Shown piece by piece: positions 39,866 through 55,573 of a DNA stretch of 64,000 nt. Below the pieces are notes generated by a model. That model did not search any database. It had not been told where the DNA came from and saw only the letters and a program-made list of their open reading frames with translations. Position numbers and translations under genes: made by a program. Position 1 is the stretch's first letter. Each line of letters opens with the position of its first letter. Origin of the DNA: Eledone cirrhosa (taxonomy: Eukaryota); assembly GCA_964016885.1 (NCBI GenBank), contig OZ024741.1:136772001-136836000 (forward strand), in the 5' to 3' direction.

Positions 39866-40446
39866 GGTTGCTGGCCTTGTGCCTGGGGTAGAAACCTTTA
39901 TTTCGTATTGGTCTCGGGACTCTGAATTATTATTTCGTGGTAGTTTCTTTAGTATTTTGGCCCCCCACTTGTTGACCCGTCACCGTAAGATATACTCGGT
40001 TGATTACTTATACCTCTTAAAAGGGCCTCATTATAATTCCGTCCCACCTAGTAAACCTTTCTTTAGTCTAGCAATACCTGTGAGAGGACTTGATAGCTGT
40101 CCTTAGGTTATAGTAACCAGAAATTGTGTTTTTTTACATTTAATTGGTTTTTTTTAACATTCTCGGTATTTTTCTATATATTTACCCCATACTGTTTTAC
40201 TTATTGTTTCGACTTCCTCCCCCTCCCCTTCCCTAGTATACTTCTCTTGACCTCTTATCCTTAGGATTCTGCTGTAGTTGGCACTATCAACGCACGATTG
40301 GGTTTCCTCCACTCCCTCTCCCTCTTTCTTCTACTGGCAAGTTCAGCTACCCCTTCCCTCCACAAATTGGCATGATAGAATTATGTGTCTCAACAACAAA
40401 CTTTTGACCAATCCTTGTGACAATAACTTTTACCATATATGGAATT

Positions 40447-40542
40447 ACCCCCTGAGAAGCTCGGTTATTCATATACCAGGATAAAAATTTTCATTTACTC
40501 CAGAATTAGCCGTCGAAACGGCTTGAGCTCAGCCGTCGGGGT
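40447..40542 (+). ncRNA. Full-size type I hammerhead-like motif (core CTGAGAA, decayed)
   Basis: ACCCC-CTGAGAA-..CGGTTATTC..GAATTAGCCG..-GAAA-CGGCT(TGAGCTC)AGCCG-TC-GGGGT. Confidence 0.65.
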
Positions 40543-40552
40543 CCTACTCGTT

Positions 40553-40632
<80 letters not shown>

Positions 40633-40681
40633 CACGCACACATATACATATATATATATATATACACACATACACACATAT

Positions 40682-40720
<39 letters not shown>

Positions 40721-40790
40721 AAAGAAATACATAAAAATTTATCTTCAATTTTATGCATACATACATATATATATACACACATATATACAC

Positions 40791-40819
<29 letters not shown>

Positions 40820-40821
<2 letters not shown>

Positions 40822-41236
40822 CGATATTAACAAATGGAAACTATATTTATAAAACCATATTTATTTCATTATACATATTTCAAGGACACCAAGTTAAATT
40901 ATGGTGTGCTTTCATCAGATAAAATATAATATAGACCAGTTTTATATCTCTCTTTCTTTCTCCGTAACCCAACGGCTTATTTAAATCTACTCTCATTTAA
41001 AAATATCCAATACTAATTTACATAATAGTATAAATAAATTTATAACTCCACTATCCGGGAGCTTCCAACAGTAATGGTCGCATTCTTTAAGAGTATGTCA
41101 ATATTTATTTATAAAGCTGCTCTATATTATATTTTATTTGATGAAAGCACACCATAATTTAACTTGGTGTCCTTGAAATATGTATAATGAAATAAATATG
41201 GTTTTATAAATATAGTTTCCATTTGTTAATATCGTA
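40820..41236. repeat. Inverted repeat with ~115-bp arms, each carrying an HHR-like motif; homologue at 1-78
   Basis: 40820-40935 versus 41121-41236. Minus strand 40868-40922 reads CTGATGA-AAGCACACCA..TGGTGTCCTT-GAAA. Confidence 0.85.
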
Positions 41237-41320
41237 TTTTTACTCCAATTATTTGTTGAGTGCTTTATATCAGTTATAAAAATTTTGCTTGTTGTATCCC
41301 AACAATTTAAATAGAACTTC

Positions 41321-41416
<96 letters not shown>

Positions 41417-42434
41417 AATATATTACACAAATAGAAATGTGTTACACAGTGAAATGTATGTAAAGGATTATTACAAGTGATTTTTACCGTTACTGTATAG
41501 AAAATAATATCTACAGTTTTAGCAATTAAATAGAAAAAAGAGCACTCAACAGTTCCTGGAGCAAATAATCAATAAAAGTAAGCATTAAAAAACTCTGTAT
41601 GTAATTATGCATATACATACAAAACCATACATACACACACACACAACCAACTACATACAAATATATATACATATATATGTACATATATATATATATACAC
41701 ATACATATATATGTATATATATACACACACACTAATATACACACACACATAAGTACAAAGAGTTACAACACCACATAAATAAAAATACACACACACACAC
41801 ACATATAAACACACACACACATATATATATACCCATATATACACATACACATATATATAAAATTTTATACATACATATACACATATATATATATATATAC
41901 ATACACTTATATACACATATACACGACAACATACATACACGTAAAATTAATATCTAAAAATCAAAAGGGGTGGGTATGTAAAGGGTAAGGTGGAGAGTAG
42001 GTGGGAATAAGGAAAATAAATAACATAAGAAAAAGTTAAAAAATAAGAGGAGATAAGGGAGAAAGACGAAAATAAGAGTACAGAAAGTCAGTTCAGAGAG
42101 TAATAAAAGTCGTAGTAGATGTAAGGCGTAAAGAGCAAAGAAGAAGTTCAAGGTGGTTAAGTCATCGTAGCAAAGAAGAAGTTCAAGGTGGTTGAGTCAT
42201 CGTAGGAATGTCAATCCAGTTACAGAGTAGATGTGATTTCAGGTGAGGACAACATCTGAAGATCTTGGTCTTGGTATTTAGTTAAGGCAAGTTGAAGTGG
42301 CTTTCAAATTCTGTAGAATTCTAAATTTTTCAGTGGTACACAAAGAACAATTCTTTGTGCCCCTTTAGTATTCCCTCGATTGGTCTAAAATAGACCAATC
42401 GATAGAGTACGGGATGTTATTATCTTTGGATTCC

Positions 42435-42509
<75 letters not shown>

Positions 42510-43329
42510 GAATAAACCTCTATATTTATATCCATATATTTACAAAGTAAATAAGGCTTTCTAAAGTCATGTGTTTCAAACATAATTCCATGTCCAGTGA
42601 TGTCAGAAATAAAGAAAAGTAAACGCTCTAATATATATATATATATATACTATCTGGTCCTTATTAGAAGGACAGATAGATAAATAGATAGATTAGATAG
42701 ATATGTAGATTTATTACAAAAGAAGTAGTAATGAAATGAAACATCAGTTTGGTTTCTTGTGCTACCATACATCTTTTATAAATTTATTGGATCATTTCAT
42801 ATCAGTTTAAATATTTGTTTTCCTATTTCATATGTGATGTGGGCGTATTTACACATGTATTTGCATGCGGTAAATTCACAAAGGTGTTGGATTAAATGCC
42901 TATGCATTTTTTTCGGTGCTTTGAGTTCACATTCCGGTTTTCATTGTTTTGGGGTCGAAATATAAGGTACTATTGGCAGTGGATTCTGTCATATTTAGAA
43001 TATAGGAAATGCGTACAATAAATAAGATACTATGGGCAGTAAAATCTGTCATTTCTCGTATTTATGAAATGTTTCCAATAAATGAGATACTAGGGCGGTA
43101 GAGTGTGTCATTTTTTTAGAATTTATAAAATGTGTACAATAAATTCTTTTCTATATTTAATATTATTTTTCTGCTTTTTAAAAACCAAATTATACTAAAA
43201 TATGTATTGATACACATAAAATTTAGCTCTGTCTCAATCTGAAATATGTGTAGTTTAGTTAACTAAACTACACATAAGAATAAATGTTCGCTTCATTTCG
43301 CTTCACTATTCTCGTGATCTTCCAGGGTC

Positions 43330-43970
43330 GTGGGGCGCTGCAGGGTGAAACAGTGTACCCATATTTCTCCATTCATCTCTATCAAGAGTCAGGAATTAAG
43401 TTGCCACGAAGTTTTACCCCCAATCTCGCGAGACAGGTATAGAGTGGAGCAGTGTGCCACCACTCTTCCATCCATCTCTGTTGTAAGCCTGTACCTCAGT
43501 TAATGTGAAGTTTTACCAGTCCATTTTGTAATATCCACCCATTTTTTTCTTCTGGCGTCAATGCATTTTTTTTTCCTTTATCTCTTCCTTGGAGCATCAT
43601 CTTAATCAATCCATCATATTTTGTCACGTAACTGTACCATCACATTTTTCTTTTCTTTATAGTTAGCAGGACTTTGTATTTGCCTACACATTGCCTGATT
43701 CTCATGCGAGTGTTTTATTGCTTATGTGTTCCCTGCAGGATAATGCCTGTGATTTTTCTGTAGCATCTCATTTCGAATGTCAATATTTCCCTCTGTAATT
43801 TCGCCGTGAGCAACCATGTCCCGCAGACATCTTTTGAAAATATCGAGTATACTAGAGCACGCATGAGTTTCAGTTTAGCTGTGAGAGTGATGTTCTTATT
43901 TCGCAATACTTGTCTTAACCTTGTTAATACTTGAGAAACTCTTGAAAGAACCTCTCGCTTTGACACTCCT
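43330..43970 (-). pseudogene. Decayed RTE-clade LINE 3' fragment
   Basis: KLKLMRALVYSIF..TWLLT..FEMRCYRKI. Confidence 0.75.
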
Positions 43971-44021
43971 TCGGTGATGATGGTGCCTCAGTATATAAAG
44001 TGAGCAACCATATATATATGT

Positions 44022-44125
<104 letters not shown>

Positions 44126-44138
44126 CAGTGTGGGTATT

Positions 44139-46125
<1,987 letters not shown>

Positions 46126-46149
46126 ATATGATATTTTTAAAGATATACA

Positions 46150-46634
46150 GTGACTGATCAGCCTGCTTTGAATATTAACAGACTGCTTTGAATATAATCC
46201 GACATAGGGAGAATCAGCAAAAAAATCCTAGACCGCGTGATACCTAAAGTCAAGCAACACGCCCGACTTAGCCTATGGATCAACACCCAGGAAGTTATCT
46301 CATGGTTCAGCAATTTGGAGGATAAACGAGACACTAAATTTATCCAGTTCGACATAGAGAGCTACTATGCTTCAATCACCTTACCGCTACTTACTGCCGC
46401 CTTGGACTTCGCCGAAGCACTTGTGCCCATCACCGACCAGGAAAGAAAAATCATCCTCCACGCCAGGAAGACAGTCTTACTCTTTGACAACTCCAAATGG
46501 ATAAAAAGAGCTCCTAACTCACCCTTCGACGTCAGCATGGGCGCTACGGATTCGGCGGAGGTCACAGATCTTATAGGATTATTCCTTATAGCCAAACTCA
46601 CCGATATGTTTCCTGCTTTCGGTGGTGGATTGTA
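46150..46634 (+). pseudogene. PLE RT fragment (same type as 2439-3864) running into the assembly gap
   Basis: FIQFDIESYYASI, FDVSMGATDSAEVTDLIGLFL, GGGL. Confidence 0.88.
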
Positions 46635-46834
46635 NNNNNNNNNNNNNNNNNNNNNNNNNNNNNNNNNNNNNNNNNNNNNNNNNNNNNNNNNNNNNNNNNN
46701 NNNNNNNNNNNNNNNNNNNNNNNNNNNNNNNNNNNNNNNNNNNNNNNNNNNNNNNNNNNNNNNNNNNNNNNNNNNNNNNNNNNNNNNNNNNNNNNNNNNN
46801 NNNNNNNNNNNNNNNNNNNNNNNNNNNNNNNNNN
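46635..46834. other. Assembly gap (200 N)
   Basis: Run of N. Confidence 1.
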
Positions 46835-46900
46835 ATATATATTATATACATATACATATATATATATATATATATACACATACATACATATATATATATG

Positions 46901-46997
<97 letters not shown>

Positions 46998-47075
46998 ACA
47001 TACATATACATACATATATATATATACATACATACATATACATACATATATATATATACATACATACATATATAC

Positions 47076-47122
<47 letters not shown>

Positions 47123-47164
47123 CATATATATATATGTATATATATATATACATACATACACATA

Positions 47165-47242
<78 letters not shown>

Positions 47243-47347
47243 TATATATATATAATTATCAGTATGAAGAATAGACAAAATTTATCCAATTTTTTTTCTT
47301 CGGAAACACACACATACGCACACACACACACTATATATATATATATA

Positions 47348-47515
<168 letters not shown>

Positions 47516-47863
47516 TTTGAAGTCATACACAATAATGTTGACTTACTGTACTATATGACCAACTGTTCCAAATTTCTATAGAAATAACACAATTGTCATT
47601 TTTCATTATTTCTAGCCATATATGTGTATGTGATTTCTCTGTGTGTATGTCTGTGTGTGTGTGTGTGTGTGTATCTATGTCTGTGTGTGTGTATGTGTGT
47701 CAGTCTTCCTATCACTTGTAATGTAGAAACAATTAAAGAACCGTTCTAATGAACAGCAACATTAGAATGTGTTCAATTTCTGCTTATCACGAATTCCACC
47801 AAACTAATTTCAATCAGAAAACAAAACATACATATGCACACACACACACACACACATATATAT

Positions 47864-47931
<68 letters not shown>

Positions 47932-48329
47932 CAAATGTATATATATATAGTGCAAATATATATATATATATTGTCTACATCCCAGAGAATTACTAATATC
48001 TATAGAAATAACACAATTGGAATGTGTCATTTGTTACATATATATGTGTGTGTGCGTGTGTCGGTACGCGTGTGTTACCTAATAATAGAGAATATGAGCT
48101 TTTGTAGTTTTTAATATACAATTGATACCATGTATTATAATATATAAATTATCTCTATGCTTACATAACCAAGGATCGTTCTATCATAATACGAAACTAC
48201 ATTTACGTAATCATATATATACACATACATAGTAGTGTCAATGGTTCCTATAAAATAGATAAAGGAAAAAGAGTGCTGTATGTTATGTACGGAGCCAAAT
48301 ATTATTATTATAATACATATAAATTTTTG

Positions 48330-48500
48330 GAGCGGTGGATTGGCAGTATCGGTAGAGGGTCGGACGCCATGCTTTGCAGTATGGAGTTACGGCCCTTTAT
48401 GGTCTGAGTTCAAATCCTACCGAGGTTAACTTTGCCTTTCATCCTTACGGGGTGGATAAAATAAAGCACCAGTAATACACAAAAGTAGAAACAATTATTA
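48330..48500 (+). mobile_element. tRNA-derived SINE
   Basis: Same family as 17278-17463. Confidence 0.85.
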
Positions 48501-49069
48501 TAATAGATATAAAAAGGAGAAAACTGATCGCTAGAGCAGCCGCCAAAACAGCTAAATGCTGTCAAAGACAGCGACGGGGGAAAATGCCGCAGAAGACAGA
48601 GACCAGCGACCAGTGGTCAACAGGGGGACAATCCACAAGGTAGGTGACAGGCAGATGAAATATAGAAAAGATTGAAAGAGGAGGAGAACAAGGCGAAGTG
48701 TGCTGGCGCTCAGAAGAGACTGGAAGAAGAAAATAAAGAAAGTCGATGTACAATACAATTTTACACACACACATCTTCACCCTCACCAGCTCTCAAGCCA
48801 GCGAAATTATGATAAACAATTCCTCAGCGTAGCTGGTTTCTACCTAATGTTTCAAAGCCTACTCTAGCAGAGGTCATATTGATTTGAGCACTAAGCAGCC
48901 GAAATATGCGATAAATAAATATTTCTACATATGAATAGTATCTACATATATTACAGTATCCACCGAGACGTGAATGTGTGTATAAATAAATGCATTGAGC
49001 TTAAGTCTATAGACATGTAAACAGTCACATTTACGTATCTTCCCTTTATTTTCAATCGACATATTTAAA

Positions 49070-49164
<95 letters not shown>

Positions 49165-49210
49165 ATATATGCATATACATGTTTACATACACACATACAC
49201 ACACAGACAC

Positions 49211-49268
<58 letters not shown>

Positions 49269-49782
49269 TCATAAGTTATGAATATATGAATATACATCTG
49301 TATGTGTGTCAAGAAAATTCCTCTCAACAATGGCATCTAATTCTCCTCTGATTCAACATGGCTGTTTATTTTATCACGTTTACTGAATATTTGACAGTTG
49401 ATCGTCAATAATCCGCCATGTTACACATGTATTCAGTGTGGATGAGACACCCCGAAGATAATAATCGTTAACATTCATTACGCCGAATTTTAAACTGTCC
49501 AACAGTGAGAGCTTGTCAAACTGATAAGCAGAAGTCTTATTCTATTACCGCTGTACTGGTTTCAGTCAATAGCCTGCGACTATGCTGGGATATCGAAGTG
49601 ATTTAGTTAATCATATCTACCCCAGTACTTATTTTGTCAAGGTCGATGCTTGATCAATCTCATTTTGTCAAACTGCTAAGTAACGTGAGTTAAACGTAAG
49701 CACACACACACACATAAGCACAGACAAAGAAATACATACATACATACACACACACATGTATATATACATATATGTATTATAT

Positions 49783-49886
<104 letters not shown>

Positions 49887-50002
49887 TATATATATATATA
49901 GAGAGAGAGATATATATACTTATATATATAGAGAGAGAGATAGAGATATACTTATATATATAGAGAGAGAGAGATATATATATAGAGAGAGAGATATATA
50001 CT

Positions 50003-50065
<63 letters not shown>

Positions 50066-50074
50066 AGAGAGAGA

Positions 50075-50144
<70 letters not shown>

Positions 50145-50146
<2 letters not shown>

Positions 50147-50500
50147 CATAGAGCACGAGAAAATCGAACGGGATGTGCGTAAACAATGCTCCAAACGATC
50201 GGTGTCTCCATTGAATAAGTGTGCCCTGGGTGTGGAAAGATGTGCTTGAACAAATCAGGTCTCAAGATCCACAGTAGCAGCTACGTTCAAAAAGAACCAG
50301 TGAAATATGATCTCCACGGTATTGTAAAATGTAATGAATGTGGCATAGAGTGTTGATCTGTTGCATGACTGACGCGGCATGTGAAGGTTCACAGGCAACC
50401 TGATGCAAGACCTGAGGCCAGAGAGATCCATAGTTGTCGCCAATATGCGAAGGAGTGCAAGTCTCTAGCGGGCTTGAAAAAGCCATTTCCGGGCGTCACA
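50145..50500 (+). pseudogene. RTE-type LINE 3' fragment with C2H2-like peptides
   Basis: KCPGCGKMCLNKSGL and ECKSLAGLK read across frames. Confidence 0.5.
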
Positions 50501-50560
50501 CATCTGAATTTGACAAGCGATTGCAATACTCTAAATGTGAGTTTGCTGCCATTATATATA

Positions 50561-51040
50561 CTAGCAGAAAAAACCACCCCCCGAGTTGTTTTCTGCTAGC
50601 ATGTGTAGAGTGTATATTGATATTATACACAAATATATATGCATGTAATTAAAATTGTAATTGACAATATACACAGAAATTGAACGAAGACTGTGTTACA
50701 CTGTCTTCTGTAATCAGTAACGTAATCCATGATACATTTAAAAAAAGACGATATTATATATAAACTGCATTAGGAGAAAACTAGTGACGGAAATATATGC
50801 GATTATACGTGTTATAATATAACGGCCGCTAACGGCAAGTGTTGACATTTGACAATTTTAAAGAAGTGAATCTTTAAATAAGCTATAAAATATATTTAAT
50901 CAACAGCCACGAAATTTAGTAGATAAATTATGTAATATTCATTCATTATTTATTCAAAGTAATCCAACTTATTTTACAAACGGGGTAAAAAAAAATATAT
51001 TCTGGACGCACTCCCGCACTCCTTTCTTTATTATAGTTAA

Positions 51041-51042
<2 letters not shown>
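50561..51042 (-). mobile_element. Non-autonomous Helitron-type element
   Basis: Minus strand 5'-TC ... hairpin ... CTAG-3'. Second copy at 54291-54759. Confidence 0.72.
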
Positions 51043-51106
<64 letters not shown>

Positions 51107-51637
51107 GATATTCGTTAATATCTTTAATGGTTTGGGTATTTGGGTTTTTTTTTATGTTGTGTGGGGGGGGGTACTTTCTTTTTGAATTTCTTTATCTGAA
51201 AACGTGTGAGGGTCATATATATATATATATAGGAGGATACATAAGATGGGAGGTTAAATAAGTATAAGTATCAACATCTATATAAGATAATAGAAGCCGA
51301 AAATCATATGTAGAATAGGAGAAGATAAATGCAATAATATTAGGAGCAGTTAAACGCAGGAGAAATTTAAAAATTAAAAAATTAAAAAAAGTGTTACAGA
51401 TAAATTAAGTACAGTGAAAAACATATCATATATTAATAAAGTAGATATAAGAGAAAGCATGCAATTCAAATATAAATTAAAAAATACATCTTCAAAAAAT
51501 ATTTTTTTAAATATATTGAAAAAATATATTCAAAAATATATTTTAAAAAGTTTACATGCACGTATAGCATAGCGAGGGATTACAGACAGATGCAAAACAA
51601 TAAGTTCGACTACATCATTCAGCCATAATAATAATTA

Positions 51638-53694
51638 CACTGGTCAACAAGTATTTTTCATCAAGCATATGTCAATGTGTACTTAGTGTAGTTTTTAATG
51701 CTGCTTTCAAATATACAATTAGTTTTTTGACACCACGTATAGTTTTCAAGATGAGAAAGGTTTGGGGTTTTAGCTCATGCATCATATAAAAATTCCATGT
51801 ATGCATGTATTTCATTTACATCATGGAAACATACCTTTAAAATAAACTACATTATTCATTGCTGCATAGTTCAGATGCAATAGTTCATCATCTTTAATTA
51901 ACCAATCAAGTTTTGTCTGATGAAATAGGTATTCCAACATCTCAAATTGTCCAGTCATAATTGGTCTGATGAAATATTTCATCATCTCAAATTCAATATA
52001 AGTATAACCGTTTGTATATATTTCCTTACTTGTTTTACAGTGTTAACAATGTCAAGACAGTGTAGAAATCGTCCTGATGTGTTTTGTTATGTCTGGGGAC
52101 AATTTATTGTGAAAGCTCGAAAACGTACAATAACACTAGAGATCAAGAAGATTTATAAGCTATACTTTGACTGTCCTCTTAGAGATCAGGACAAGTTATG
52201 GACACCACATTTTATCTGCTCAGCTTGCTCAAATGGCTTACGAGACTGGTTCAATAGGAAGAAGTCCATGCCTTTTGCCATTCCAATGATATGGAGGGAG
52301 CTGAAAGACCATTTTAATGACTGTTATTTTTGCAAAGTAAATGTCACAGGATTTTCTATGAAGAATAAACACAAAATTGTGTATCCCAATTTGGATTCTG
52401 CAATGAGACCTGTGCCTCACAATGGAAGTCTGCCAATACCAATTCTCCCAAATGATGGTATTGAAACCTCAGATGATGATGCTGACTGTCACTATAGTGC
52501 TGCTAAGGAAGATTACGTGGCTGATGACGATAGCTTTGAACCTCAGAAATTTTCCCAAGCTGAACTGAATGACCTTGTCAGAGACCTATCCCTCTCAAAA
52601 GATAAAGCAGAACTATTGGCATCAAGACTGAAGGAGAAGTATCTGCTAGAGCACGGTGTATAACTTATTGTCGGCAGAGAAATGTGGTTCTACAAACGTG
52701 TTTTTCTGCTTTGCTTTTACAGTAACATCGATGGACTTTCCGAATGTTTATCACAAAATCATGATCCTGCAGAGTGGCGTTGGTTTATTGACTCTTCAAA
52801 ACGAAGTTTAAAAGCTGTACTTCTCCATAATGGTAATTTGAAGCCCTCCATTCCTATTGCATCTTCATGAATTATATGAGAATATGGAACTTTTACTTCA
52901 TGCCATTGCCTATGAAAGATACTCATGGAAAATATGTGGAGATTTAAAAGTAATTGGAATGTAAATGGGAATGCAGTCGGGTTTCACAAAATACTGTTGT
53001 TTCTTGTGTCTATGTGACAGTCGGACAACTGACAGACATTATTCGGAATCAAACTGGCAGACAAGAACATCACACCAGCCAGGACTGTTTGGCTTCAATA
53101 ATACACCTCTTGCAGATCCATGTAATGTCTTATTGCCTCCTTTGCACATAAAGCGTGGACTGATGAAACAGTTTGTAAAGACACTAGTGAAGAGAAATGC
53201 CAGAGGGTTGGAGTATATTGTAGTAAAGTTTCCCAAAATCACACAGGCGAAGTTGAAAGAGGGTATCTTTGTCAGACCCCAAATTAGAGAAGTATTCAAA
53301 GATGTCAACTTCAAGACAACACTGGATGAACTAGAACTGCCTGCCTGGAATGCTTTCAATTAGATCTGTAAGAATTTCTTGGGCAACAAGAAGGCAATGG
53401 ACTACAAGAATGGCATCAAGAATCTTTTGAAATGTTACTCAGCAATGGGTTGTCGCATGTCACTGGAAGTTCACTTCTTGGACTCCCATCTGGATTTCTT
53501 CGCAGATAACTTTGGAGCAGTGTCTGATGAACATGGTGAAAGATTTCACCAGGACATTAGTACTATGGAGAAACGGTACCAACGTTTCTGGAATGACAGT
53601 ATGTTGGCTGACTACTGCTGGAGACTTTACCGTAATCAACCAGATCAGGAATTTGTTTAAATTTGTTGACCAATGTTAAATTTGTTGACCAATG
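51638..53694 (+). mobile_element. Chapaev3-type (CMC superfamily) DNA transposon, decayed
   Basis: TTA|CACTGGTCAACAA ... TTGTTGACCAATG|TTA (3-bp TWA TSD). The right TIR plus TSD is duplicated in tandem. Confidence 0.85.
52049..53660 (+). pseudogene. Chapaev3-type transposase with stops and frameshifts
   Basis: CRNRPDVFCYV, CSAC, DHFNDCYFC, ELNDLVRDL, FIDSSKRSLKAVLLHNG, GFTKYCCFLC, LLPPLHIK, KEGIF, HFLDSHLDFF, SDEHGERFHQDI, MLADYCW. Confidence 0.88.
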
Positions 53695-54290
53695 TTATTA
53701 TTTTCAAAACGTCCAAAGGAGCTAATGTAATGTTGAGTAAATAAATACAATCATCAAAGTAAAAAAAAAAAACCATATAGATTGAAGTGTTATCAATTAG
53801 GCACTCAAGATACATCACCCAAAGCACCACATAATTGAATAGAGGAGACAAAGTCATATACCATCATAAGTACAAATCATCCATCTTAGCATGGAATTTA
53901 AAAAACTAATCCTTAAAAAAAGCGGTTTAAACAAAATAAAAATAAGGGGGTGGGGTAATTCGTGTAAAACATTTTATATATTAGAGAGTTACTATATATT
54001 TAGTAAGAAAAAACAAAAAATTAGTATGTAAAGATGTATTGGTATCGAATTAAAAAGTTTTTCGGGGCTAATAATTGCAGAACTAAAGAACTTTAAAAGA
54101 ATAATAAATTTACAAAATACAGATAACAAATTATCTATGTATATTAAAAATGCTATGCTTTATTAAAAAACTAATTGTATATACTTAAATGTTAAGCAAT
54201 ATTAAAGATAAAGAATTATACTAGTTAATATACTAGTATCGAATAGTTAATATTAAATAAAAATAGAGGGTGAGGTAATGGTTATATATA

Positions 54291-54759
54291 CTAGCAGAAA
54301 AACCACCCTTCGTGTGGTTTTCTGCTAGCATCTGTAGTGTGTATATTGATATTATACGCAAGTATATATGCATGTAGATATGATACATCAAATAAAATCC
54401 TAATTGACAATATACACAGAAATTGAACGAAGACTGTGTTACACTGTCTTATGTAATCAGTAACGTAATCCATAATACATTAAAAAAAGACGATATTATA
54501 TATAAACTGCATTAGGAGAAAATTACTGACAGAAATATATGAATATTTATTTAAACGATCACTAACTAAAGTGTTGACATTTGAAAATTTTAAAGAAGTA
54601 ATAAAATATAAGTTAATGAAGAGCCATGAAATTTAGTGGATAAATTATGTAATATTCATTCATTATTTATTCAAAGTAATCCAACTTATTTTACTAAGGG
54701 GATAAAAAAAATTATAAACCGTACGCAGTCCCGCGCTTCTTACTTTATTATAGTTTAGA
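54291..54759 (-). mobile_element. Non-autonomous Helitron-type element
   Basis: A|TC ... CTAG|T on the minus strand with a subterminal hairpin; no TSD. Confidence 0.78.
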
Positions 54760-55151
54760 TTAATAACAAAAATAAACATAAGTGAGGCTAAATGTGAAAA
54801 AGTGGTTACAATAAATTGTAATGGAAATAGAAGGGATCAGAGAGAAGATGTGTGAAGAATGGTAGTCACTATATCGTAGTTAAACATATAAACTTTTAGG
54901 TTTAAAAGTGTAATGAAATAATTATTATACAGTGATAATAATTGTTTCTACTTTTGGCACAAGGCCAAATTGCTGAACCCGGAAATATGTGGTTGGGAAA
55001 CAAGCTTCTTGTCACACTACATATATATATATGTGTTTGCCCTCCCACCAATGCTTGTTGGTTTGTTGACGTCCCCATAACTTACCAAGGTGATGCTCCA
55101 GACAGAAAAAATTTAAAATATATATGTGTGTGTGTGTGTGTGTGCGTAGAA

Positions 55152-55556
55152 GAGGGGTCTCAAACTCACTGACACAAAAGGGCTATTACGTCCTGGAGGA
55201 GAGGCACAGTGGGCCAAACGTGGTGGTGGGTGAAAATTTTCACCAGTTATAATCATTTCTACTATAGGAACAAGGCATGAAATTTGGGGTTTAGGGTTCA
55301 GTCGATTACATCGATCCTAGTACACAACTGGTACTTAATTCATCGACCCCAAAAGGATGAAAGGCAAAGTTGAGATCGGCGGAATTTGAACGCAGAACGT
55401 AAAAACGGAAGAAGTACCGTTAAGCATTTCGCCAGATGTGCTAACGATTCCACCAGCTCGCCGCCTTATTTTCACCAGTTATAATGCGATATGAAATATT
55501 GGTTCTACCACGGGCCACAGATAAGTAGTTCGCGGGCCGCATGTGTGAGCCCCCTG
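55152..55556. mobile_element. hAT-type MITE containing a SINE
   Basis: Ends (G)AGGGGTCTCAAAC / GTGTGAGCCCCCTG with subterminal GCGGGCCGC. No clear 8-bp TSD. Confidence 0.55.
55254..55467 (-). mobile_element. tRNA-derived SINE with 18-bp TSD
   Basis: TSD ATTTTCACCAGTTATAAT at 55236-55253 and 55468-55485. Confidence 0.9.
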
Positions 55557-55573
55557 TTGGAGGTAAATAGATA

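Larger units (their letters stand above)
37593..42633. repeat. Pair of ~130-bp inverted segments (37593-37722 / 42503-42633) facing (TA)n arrays
   Basis: ATATTAGAGCG..CTGACATCACTGGACATGG..GAGGTTTATTCATTT versus its reverse complement. Confidence 0.8.
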
